From Bdellovibrionales bacterium (GTDB lineage: Bacteria; Bdellovibrionota; Bdellovibrionia; Bdellovibrionales; UBA1609), in assembly GCA_965247685.1 (NCBI GenBank), contig OZ252021.1, positions 870,001 through 902,000 on the forward strand: 32,000 bases of DNA, in the 5' to 3' direction. This document shows, piece by piece, positions 9,274 to 16,326 of this stretch (position 1 is the first letter of the stretch; each line of letters opens with the position of its first letter). Under the pieces are notes generated by a model. That model was given only the letters and a program-made list of their open reading frames with translations, did not search any database and had not been told where the DNA came from. Made by a program: the position numbers and the translations under genes.

Positions 9274-11751
9274 TTAAAGCAAGAAAACAGAATTTCGTAA
9301 ATTGTATTTTTCTAACATATCCTTCATTTTTTGTTTTCCCCATTCTTTTTCTTTTTCTTTAAGTTGATTGAGTGTAACTTCTAAAAAGCTTCCAAGATCT
9401 ATTTTTATTTTCTCTTTGACTGCCTCTTCTTCGATGTAGATTTCTATGTACTTAACTACTTGTTTTAATTCATTGAGTTTAGCGTCTGAAAACCCTCGAA
9501 GACCTTTCCTTATTTTCTCTCTGACTACATCTTCTTCGATGTAGATTTCTATAAATTGAACTACTTTTTTTAGTTCGCTGAGTTTAGTATTTAAAAAAGA
9601 TCGGAGATCTTTCTTCATTATCTTTCTGGTAGCCTCTTTTCCGGTATAGCTTTCTATATACTTAATTACTTGTTTTAATTCATTGAATTTAGCATATGAA
9701 AAAGCTTGAAGATTTTCCTTCATCATTTTTATTGTTGCCTCTTTTCCAATATAATTTTCTATATGCTTAATTACTTGTTTTAATTCATTGAGATTGGCAA
9801 TTGAAAAAGATCGGAGATCTTTTTTCATTATCTCTCTGGGTGCCTCTTCTTCAATGTAGCTTTTTATAAATTGAACTACTTTTTCTAGTTCACTGAGATT
9901 GGCTCTTGAAAAAGATCGGAGATCTTTCTTCATTATTTTTATTGTTGCCTCTTTTCCGAGATAGTTTTCAATATACTTAACTACTTTTTCTAGTTTGATG
10001 AGTTTGGCTATTGAGAAACTTTCAAGATTTTGTTTCATTATTTCTTTGATTGCCTCTTTTCCGATATAGTTTTCTATAAATTGAACTACTTTTTCTAGTT
10101 CGCTGAGTTTAGCATATGAAAGAGCTTGAAGATTTTTTTGTATTATTTTTATTGTTGCCTCTTTTCCGATATAGTTTTCTATAAATTGAATTACTTTTTC
10201 TAGTTCGTTGAGGTTGGCTATTGAAAAACCTTTGAGATTTTGTTTCATTCTTTCTTTGGTTGCCTCTTTTCCGATATAGTTTTCTATAAATTGAACTGCT
10301 TTTTCTAGTTTGCTGAGTTTAGCCCTTGAAAAAGCTTGAAGATTTTTTTTCATTATTTTTATTGTAGCCTCTTTTCCGATATAGTTTTCTATATACTTAA
10401 TTACTTGTTTTAATTCATTGAGTTTGACATATGAAAAAGCTTGAAGATCTTTTTTCATTCTTTCTTTGATTGCCTCTTTTCCGATATAGTTTTCTATATA
10501 CTTAATTACTTGTTTTAATTCATTGAGTTTGACATATGAAAAAGATCGGAGATCTTTTTTTATTATTTCTCTGGTAGCCTCTATTCCGATATAGTTTCCT
10601 ATATACATAATTATTTTTTTTAATTCATTGAGATTGGCGTCTGAAAATCCTCGAATACTTCTCCTTATTCTCTCTCTGATTGCCTCTTCTTCGATGTAGA
10701 TTTCTATAAATTGAACTGCTTTTTCTAGTTCGCTGAGATTGGCATTTGCAAAAGATCGGAGATCTTTTTTCATTCTTTCTTTGGTTGCATTTTTTCCGAT
10801 ATAGCTTTCTATATACTTAACTACTTTTTCTAGTTTGCTGAGTTTGGCTATTGAGAAACCTTCAAGATTTTGTTTCATTATTTCTTTGGTTGCCTCTTTT
10901 CCGAGATAGTTTTCTATAAATTGAACTACTTTTTCTAGTTCGCTGAGTTTAGCCTTTGCAAAAGCTTGAAGATCTTTTTTCATTCTTTCTTTGGTTGCCT
11001 CTTTTCCGATATAGTTTTCTATAAATGGAACTACTTTTTTTAGTTCGTTGAGGTTGGTTCTTGAAAAAGCTTGGAGATCTTTTTTCATCCTGTCTTTGAC
11101 TGCCTCTTCTCCGATGTAGTTTTTTATAAATTGAACTACTTTTTTTAGTTCACTGAGATTGGTATTTGAAAAAGCTTGAATATTTTTCTTCATTATTTCT
11201 CTGGTAGCTTCTTTTCCGAGATAGTTTTCTATAAATTGAACTACTTTTTTTAGTTCTCTGAGATTGGCTATTGAAAAACCTTGGAGATCTTTTTTTATCC
11301 TTTCTCTGGTAGCCTCTTCTCCGATGTAGTTTTCTATAAATTGAATATTATTTTTTATATTCTCCACTGAGTTTTTATGAAAACCGCTCAAAGATTTTTT
11401 TAAACGTTCGTTCACTCCATCTCTTTCTATATAATTCTCATAGAGATTGACTCTTTCCAAAAAATTCTCAAATCGAAAGGATTTAAAATAAGAAACTGCT
11501 CGGATTCTTTTTAAAGTTTCCTCTTCTCCGATTCGATTGATTAAAAAATTGAGGAATTCTTTCATTTCAGGTTTATCCCAAGACTTTGTAGTTTCTGTTA
11601 CCTTAGTTTTCCAATTTTTAGGCATCTCAGAATTGAAGTTTTTTCCTATTTTATTTTCTGCAAATTGAATAAATACATGCTCACATTTACCTTGAGTAAA
11701 AGAGTTAAGAGCAAAAAGTAAAGTAAATATATGTATGCGAAAAAAACGCAT
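9274..11751 (-). CDS. secreted 35-residue tandem-repeat protein, long paralog (21 repeats)
   Basis: The ORF runs 9274-11766 (830 aa). The SD-supported second ATG is at 11749-11751. Signal peptide MRFFRIHIFTLLFALNSFTQG. The F-[SAL] dipeptide recurs every 35 residues without any indel from residue 164 to 795. It is 560 aa longer than the 270-aa paralog, which is exactly 16 x 35. Confidence 0.9.
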   Translation of the reverse strand: MRFFRIHIFTLLFALNSFTQGKCEHVFIQFAENKIGKNFNSEMPKNWKTKVTETTKSWDKPEMKEFLNFLINRIGEEETLKRIRAVSYFKSFRFENFLERVNLYENYIERDGVNERLKKSLSGFHKNSVENIKNNIQFIENYIGEEATRERIKKDLQGFSIANLRELKKVVQFIENYLGKEATREIMKKNIQAFSNTNLSELKKVVQFIKNYIGEEAVKDRMKKDLQAFSRTNLNELKKVVPFIENYIGKEATKERMKKDLQAFAKAKLSELEKVVQFIENYLGKEATKEIMKQNLEGFSIAKLSKLEKVVKYIESYIGKNATKERMKKDLRSFANANLSELEKAVQFIEIYIEEEAIRERIRRSIRGFSDANLNELKKIIMYIGNYIGIEATREIIKKDLRSFSYVKLNELKQVIKYIENYIGKEAIKERMKKDLQAFSYVKLNELKQVIKYIENYIGKEATIKIMKKNLQAFSRAKLSKLEKAVQFIENYIGKEATKERMKQNLKGFSIANLNELEKVIQFIENYIGKEATIKIIQKNLQALSYAKLSELEKVVQFIENYIGKEAIKEIMKQNLESFSIAKLIKLEKVVKYIENYLGKEATIKIMKKDLRSFSRANLSELEKVVQFIKSYIEEEAPREIMKKDLRSFSIANLNELKQVIKHIENYIGKEATIKMMKENLQAFSYAKFNELKQVIKYIESYTGKEATRKIMKKDLRSFLNTKLSELKKVVQFIEIYIEEDVVREKIRKGLRGFSDAKLNELKQVVKYIEIYIEEEAVKEKIKIDLGSFLEVTLNQLKEKEKEWGKQKMKDMLEKYNLRNSVFLL
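9382..11376 (-). repeat. 19 canonical in-frame tandem 105-bp repeats (1995 bp) inside the 830-aa CDS
   Basis: Residues 131-795. Consensus roughly x-A-[NK]-L-[SN]-E-L-[EK]-K-V-V-Q-F-I-E-N-Y-I-G-K-E-A-T-[KR]-E-[IR]-M-K-K-[DN]-L-[QR]-[AS]-F-S. Confidence 0.95.
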
Positions 11752-11807
11752 GTTTTTAACTCCCATTAATGAAGGGCCATTTAAAGGAAGTTAGAGCATT
11801 GTAGCAT

Positions 11808-11837
11808 ATTAAAGTCTACATATTTTTTAATTGTAAA
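11808..11837 (-). promoter_or_regulatory. candidate promoter of cassette 2 (TTTACA-18 nt-TTTAAT)
   Basis: Same hexamers and spacing as at 9098-9127, within an upstream region of about 130 nt that is duplicated with the gene. Confidence 0.45.
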
Positions 11838-11926
11838 TTATATATGTGATTTAAGTTGTTTTAAGTTTTTTGTAATTCTTAATAAAAGGCTATTTATTGC
11901 CTGAGAACAGGTCCTGTCAAGCTATA

Positions 11927-11948
11927 CTTCTTTTCTGCAACAAAGAAG
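11927..11948 (-). terminator. conserved 3' hairpin of repeat-protein cassette 3
   Basis: cttcttt-tctgcaac-aaagaag: the stem is retained and the loop again differs. Confidence 0.3.
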
Positions 11949-11961
11949 ATTTTTATAAACT

Positions 11962-12492
11962 TTACAAAAGTAGTTGGATTTTAACTTTGTTTTTTAAAGC
12001 AAGAAAATAGAATTTCGTAAATTGTATTTTTCTACCATAATCCTTTATTTTTTGTTTTCTCCATTCTTTTTCTTTTTCTTTAAGTTGATTGAGTGTAACT
12101 TCTAAAAAGCTTCCAAGATCTATTTTTATTTTCTCTTTGACTGCCTCTTCTTCGATGTAGATTTCTATAAATTGAACTACTTTTTCTAGTTCACTGAGAT
12201 TGGCTCTTGAAAAAGATCGGAGATCTTTCTTCATTATTTCTCTGGTAGCCTCTTTTCCAATTCGACTGATTAAAAAATTGAGAAATTTTTTCATTTCAGA
12301 TCCATCCCAAGAATTTGTAGCTTTTGCTACCTTAGTTTCCCAATTTTTGGGCATCTTAGAACTGAAGTTTTTTCCTATTTTATTTTCTGCAAATTGAATA
12401 AATACATGTTTACATTTACCTTGAGCAAAAGAGTTAAAAAAAAGTAAAGTAAATATATGTATGCAAAAAGAATACGTATTTTGAATTCCCAT
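11962..12492 (-). CDS. degenerate short paralog of the 35-residue-repeat protein (2 repeats; possible pseudogene)
   Basis: The 176-aa ORF has the same N-terminal module and the same last repeat as the 830-aa gene. Three defects are visible. The SD-linked internal ATG is ACG here. A 1-nt indel near the 3' end reads through the ancestral stop (...KDYGRKIQFTKFYFLALKNKVKIQLLL versus ...KDMLEKYNLRNSVFLL). The conserved promoter hexamers are absent upstream. Confidence 0.6.
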   Translation of the reverse strand: MGIQNTYSFCIHIFTLLFFNSFAQGKCKHVFIQFAENKIGKNFSSKMPKNWETKVAKATNSWDGSEMKKFLNFLISRIGKEATREIMKKDLRSFSRANLSELEKVVQFIEIYIEEEAVKEKIKIDLGSFLEVTLNQLKEKEKEWRKQKIKDYGRKIQFTKFYFLALKNKVKIQLLL

Positions 12493-12796
12493 TAATGAAG
12501 GACTATTTAAAGAGAGTTAAGGCATTGTAGTATGTTTCAATGAACGAATGATGTATTTGTCAGTGTTTCATTTTTTAGTAGTTTGATATTGTTTTATTTT
12601 AAAACTTTATTTTTGATTCTTTAGCTAAATTTTCTTTATAATTGGCTCACTTAAACGCTTAAGATATGATTGTATTTTGCTCTGAGATAACTTATGTACT
12701 TAATTAAACTATATTTTATGTTAGATATAAATATAAAGTTGTTAAATTTTTTAAATAATGTTAAATGTTAAGAACAATGAATCAGATTGAAACAAT

Positions 12797-13291
12797 ATGA
12801 ATACAAAAAAACAGTCTATAAAAGATTATTTTTATTTTTCACCCATTGGCTGTCTGAAGATTCAAATGAAAGATAATAAAATTTATGCTCTTTCTAAAGA
12901 TTCTTCTCGAACTCCTAGAAGTTCTTCTTGGGGAACGGCTCCTTGTGTTGTTCAAAGTTTAAAATTGCAACTGGATCAGTATTTTGCAGGTCAAAAAATA
13001 AAAATGAAAAATTTATCTCTTTCTGCTCGAGGAACTTTTTTTCAAAACAAAGTTTGGAAGTGTTTGATGGATATTCCTTATGGAAAGACTCTGACTTATT
13101 CCGAGGTAGCTCAAAAAATTGGATCCTTTAAAGCATTTAGAGCTGTCGGTACAGCTTGTGGACAAAACCCTTGGTTATTGGTTGTTCCATGCCATCGTGT
13201 AGTCTCACAGAATGGACTTGGGGGCTTTGCTTTAGGTTTAAAAACGAAATCTTGGCTTCTCCATCGAGAAAATTCCACGGAGATTTTATGA
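12797..13291 (+). CDS. ogt: methylated-DNA--protein-cysteine methyltransferase
   Basis: Active-site motif VPCHRVV, together with the ...IPYGKTLTYSEVAQKIG...RAVGTACGQNP helix-turn-helix region typical of Ogt/MGMT. Confidence 0.9.
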   Translation: MNTKKQSIKDYFYFSPIGCLKIQMKDNKIYALSKDSSRTPRSSSWGTAPCVVQSLKLQLDQYFAGQKIKMKNLSLSARGTFFQNKVWKCLMDIPYGKTLTYSEVAQKIGSFKAFRAVGTACGQNPWLLVVPCHRVVSQNGLGGFALGLKTKSWLLHRENSTEIL

Positions 13292-13986
13292 TTTGTGTTG
13301 CTAATTGGAAAATGAATCATAATCTGGAAACAGCTCAAGATTTTTTGATGCAATTTAAAGATCAGATTGAAAAAAAAGATCAAAATTCTTTTATTTTTTT
13401 AGCACCAGCTCTTTTGTTTTCTGTTGTTAGTCAAGAACTTCAAGGTACAGATATTCAATGGGGAGGGCAAAATTGTTTCTTAAAAAAATCTGGAGCTTTT
13501 ACAGGAGAAAATTCACCAGCATTGATGCACGAAATGGGGGCAACTCACTGTCTTGTTGGGCATAGTGAGAGACGTTTATTGTTTGGTGAAAATCAAGATA
13601 TGATTGTAAAAAAAGTAGAATCTATTATTGAAAATAAAATGACTCCTATTCTTTGTGTGGGTGAGCAAAGGCAAAGTGATCAATGGAAAGAAGTTATAAA
13701 ATCTCAATTGAATGGTCTGCTTTCAATTCCGTCACTCATGATCGCTTACGAGCCTATATGGGCTGTTGGATCTAAAAATTCTGCTTGTGTGGAGCAAGTT
13801 CAAGAAGTCATAAATTATATTCTTCAAATGGTGTCTTCTCCAGTTCCAATTTTATATGGGGGAAGTGTGAGTGTATCTACTGCAAAAGAATGGAAATCTG
13901 CTCAAAACCTAAGTGGATTCCTGATAGGGAGAGCTTCTTTGCAAGTGGATTCTCTGCTCTCTATTTACAAACAGATCTATTCTTGA
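13288..13986 (+). CDS. tpiA: triose-phosphate isomerase
   Basis: The ATG at 13288 forms an ATGA overlap with the ogt stop. Motifs present: ANWKMN, VGHSERR, AYEPIWAVGS, YGGSV. The track ORF from 13156 is only an upstream in-frame extension overlapping ogt. Confidence 0.92.
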   Translation: MICVANWKMNHNLETAQDFLMQFKDQIEKKDQNSFIFLAPALLFSVVSQELQGTDIQWGGQNCFLKKSGAFTGENSPALMHEMGATHCLVGHSERRLLFGENQDMIVKKVESIIENKMTPILCVGEQRQSDQWKEVIKSQLNGLLSIPSLMIAYEPIWAVGSKNSACVEQVQEVINYILQMVSSPVPILYGGSVSVSTAKEWKSAQNLSGFLIGRASLQVDSLLSIYKQIYS

Positions 13987-15140
13987 GAAAACGGTTTATA
14001 TTTATAAAAAGTTAGGACTCCTTCTTCTAATTTGGTATTTTTAACGTCACTGTTTCTTTCGATTGAAGATTTATACATTTCCATAAATAGTAAAGTGCTA
14101 CTTTTTGTTTCTGCATCCATATGAACAGGTTCAACAATGTTGTAGTGTTCCCACAACAAGTAAGGAGTATAATTTGAATCGACAATACAATGAGTAAGAA
14201 TACTAGTGTTGAGTTTATTGTATATCTTAACCCATAACGATAAAAGCTGTAGGTTGTGCATGATATTAGGGAACTGCTCAAGAGATTTCATTTTGTCATC
14301 TTGGTACATATGGTCCATTAGTGTTTGAAGAAATGGAACTTTCATTTGAGACCAGTGATTCAAGTAAGATATTTCTGTATTATCAGATTTGATTTCTTGT
14401 AGTGTATATAGAAAGTATAAAAAATTCATCAACTCAGGTTCTTGTTGACTTAAATAAGTGTCCACTCGTTTTTGCAATATATCAAAAAAAGGTAAAAGGA
14501 TATGTTGAGAATCATCTGTGGATTGGCACAGAGCTTGGCTTCTTTCTGTTAAAAAAGTATATACTGTACCCTTGAGATTGACCCCATTGAATTCGAAATT
14601 ACTGTTCTGAACAGGAAATGATGAATGCTTTTGGTAAGGCGGGACTAGATTATGTACGAAAAACGGCTGAGTTCCCGTTGTCTGAATGAGTAGATCTTTC
14701 ATAAGTGTTTGTTCTGTGATTTTTTCTAATTGATTCAAAGATGGTTGAGAAATATTTTCAGAAATAAATTGTGTCAATGACAAGAAAGCCTTCCATACAT
14801 TTAAATTATTGATTTTTAAATTACCTTTGTGGTTGAGGGTGAGGTTTTTCAGGACAGTTGAATATAAAATATATTGATCGGCAATAGGACTTTCACATTG
14901 AGAAGAGTATTTTATAAATTGTCGAATATACTCCATCGGCTGAACAGGTTGTTTAATGTTATTCACAAATTTTTCTAATTCTAAACAGTAACTGATGTTT
15001 TGAGTGCTTTTTGTAGACTTTGTTGAATGAGAGGGAAGAGTTTCTACAACATCTGTATTCATTTTTTCTTCAGCTTGCAACAAGGGAGAGACCCATAAAC
15101 ATATTGCTAATAGAACAAGTTTACATCGATTGCTTTTCAT
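13977..15140 (-). CDS. exported protein of unknown function
   Basis: ATG preceded by GGAGG about 10 nt upstream. Signal peptide MKSNRCKLVLLAICLWVSPLLQAEE. The start lies 20 nt inside the 3' end of the kamA-family gene. No recognisable motif. Confidence 0.75.
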   Translation of the reverse strand: MKSNRCKLVLLAICLWVSPLLQAEEKMNTDVVETLPSHSTKSTKSTQNISYCLELEKFVNNIKQPVQPMEYIRQFIKYSSQCESPIADQYILYSTVLKNLTLNHKGNLKINNLNVWKAFLSLTQFISENISQPSLNQLEKITEQTLMKDLLIQTTGTQPFFVHNLVPPYQKHSSFPVQNSNFEFNGVNLKGTVYTFLTERSQALCQSTDDSQHILLPFFDILQKRVDTYLSQQEPELMNFLYFLYTLQEIKSDNTEISYLNHWSQMKVPFLQTLMDHMYQDDKMKSLEQFPNIMHNLQLLSLWVKIYNKLNTSILTHCIVDSNYTPYLLWEHYNIVEPVHMDAETKSSTLLFMEMYKSSIERNSDVKNTKLEEGVLTFYKYKPFSQE

Positions 15141-16326
15141 GACGGTTTGAACCTCCGTACGGCTGATTTTTAATTAGATTCCATTCTTTCAAGTAGGGCA
15201 TCATTGATTTTTCATCAGGTAACAGAGAAACTTCTGGGTTGCAATAAGTCGACTCTATTCCGTCAAATCCTTTGTGCGTGGATCCGCTTTTTGTTTTTTT
15301 AATCAAATGATCTGGAGTGAGCTCCACTTTTCCTCCCCCATCAGGCAAGTCCATACTGAGACGGGGAAGAGCTAATCCAGATAAAATTCCCCACAACTCT
15401 TTTTGAATCCATTTAGAGTTTTCTATTGTTGTACGAAAGTGATTCGTACCTAAAGATGGATCGCATTGGAACATATAGTAAGGGTGAGTGCGCAAAGAAA
15501 GAAGCCTTCGATTTAATGCTTGAACAAGGGCAGGGTGATTATTAATTCCATTAAGTAGAACCATTTGATTGTAGACGGAAATGCCGTTATTGGAAAACCT
15601 TAGAAGATGATCGGCGCATTCATAAGTGAGTTCATCGGGATGATTGAAATGTGTCATGATGAATACAGGCTGGTGTTGTTTGAGAATCTCCATCAGTTCC
15701 ACATCGAGTCGAAAGGGGCAGACCACTGGCATGCGGCTACCTATACGAATGATTTCAATATGTGGAATACTTCTAATATCTTTCAAAATACGATGAATTT
15801 TATTATTAGAAAGAGTCAAAGGATCTCCTCCAGATAAAATCACTTCTCGAATTCCTTTGTTATTTTTGATGTATTCCATTGCATTTTGATATTCATTTTT
15901 AGGAACTACATGGTGACCTTGAGCAGTAAAATATTTTCTTGTGCAGTACCTGCAGTAAATTCCACAAAAATCAGTAATCAAAAATAGAACTCGATCGGGA
16001 TAGCGGTGAATGATTCTAGAGGTTGGACTATGTGCATTTTCTCCTAAGGGATCTTTTTGATGAAAACCTTTAGAATCTAATTCTTTTAAATGAGGTAAGG
16101 CTATTTTTTGCAGAACGGAATTTTGTTGTATGACCTTTGCGTAATAGGGGGTAGATTGGACAGCGAACTTTTCTTGAATTAAAGAAAAAGAATTTTCTTC
16201 AAGATGGAAAAGAGATTTAAAATCTTTCTCTGATTTTAAAGAGTTTTGCATTTGCCAAGTCCAGTTTTCCCATTGATCTTGAGAAACTTTTAAAGGAGGT
16301 GTTATTTTTTTATAATCAAAAATCAC
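15121..16326 (-). CDS. KamA-family radical SAM aminomutase (lysine 2,3-aminomutase-like)
   Basis: CGIYCRYCTRK is a CxxxCxxC motif (Cys codons within 15943-15966). The N-terminal W..W.WQ..N motif is present, as are SGGDPL, NQMVLLNGIN, YYMFQCDPSLG..HFR and DLPDGGGK (PLP lysine). The start is a GTG overlapping the upstream stop (GTGA). Confidence 0.85.
   Translation of the reverse strand: MIFDYKKITPPLKVSQDQWENWTWQMQNSLKSEKDFKSLFHLEENSFSLIQEKFAVQSTPYYAKVIQQNSVLQKIALPHLKELDSKGFHQKDPLGENAHSPTSRIIHRYPDRVLFLITDFCGIYCRYCTRKYFTAQGHHVVPKNEYQNAMEYIKNNKGIREVILSGGDPLTLSNNKIHRILKDIRSIPHIEIIRIGSRMPVVCPFRLDVELMEILKQHQPVFIMTHFNHPDELTYECADHLLRFSNNGISVYNQMVLLNGINNHPALVQALNRRLLSLRTHPYYMFQCDPSLGTNHFRTTIENSKWIQKELWGILSGLALPRLSMDLPDGGGKVELTPDHLIKKTKSGSTHKGFDGIESTYCNPEVSLLPDEKSMMPYLKEWNLIKNQPYGGSNRHEKQSM

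Larger units (their letters stand above)
8157..12545. repeat. tandem segmental triplication: three cassettes of promoter region + repeat-protein gene + 3' hairpin
   Basis: The 3' flank (g)aacaggtcactgtcaggctatacttcttttctgc.gcaaagaaga.ttttataaa recurs at about 8157, 9185 and 11905. The 5' flank cattaatgaagggccattt.aaggaagttaga.catt.tagc.tattaaagtctacatatttttt recurs at 9054 and 11764, and partly at 12490. Confidence 0.9.

Noticed and set aside
9382-11376. Regular 105-bp direct repeats that could be mistaken for a CRISPR array or a satellite
   Set aside because: The repeats are contiguous, with no unique spacers. They are in frame (35 codons) inside one long ORF with a signal peptide. Their divergence pattern is that of a coding repeat. 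No cas genes are nearby.
9382-11376. Apparent resemblance of the repeat (LSELEKVVQFIENYIGKEATKE...) to the TALE repeat (LTPEQVVAIASHDGGKQALET...). Both share L, VV, I and G-K-x-A at the same spacing from VV. There is also a looser resemblance to mTERF and PPR units.
   Set aside because: Only about 7 shared residues, one register shift, 35 versus 34 aa, and the TALE RVD-equivalent positions here are the conserved N-Y. This is insufficient to claim homology by eye. I keep it only as an architectural analogy to be tested by profile and structure comparison.
8157-12545. Possible mobile element/IS responsible for the triplicated cassettes
   Set aside because: There is no transposase, integrase, terminal inverted repeat or target-site duplication. 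The pattern is simple head-to-tail tandem duplication.
13156-13287. 44-codon upstream extension of the tpiA ORF given in the track
   Set aside because: It overlaps the 3' end of ogt in another frame and has no TIM homology. The conserved N-terminus (ICVANWKMN) begins at the ATG at 13288, which forms an ATGA junction with ogt.
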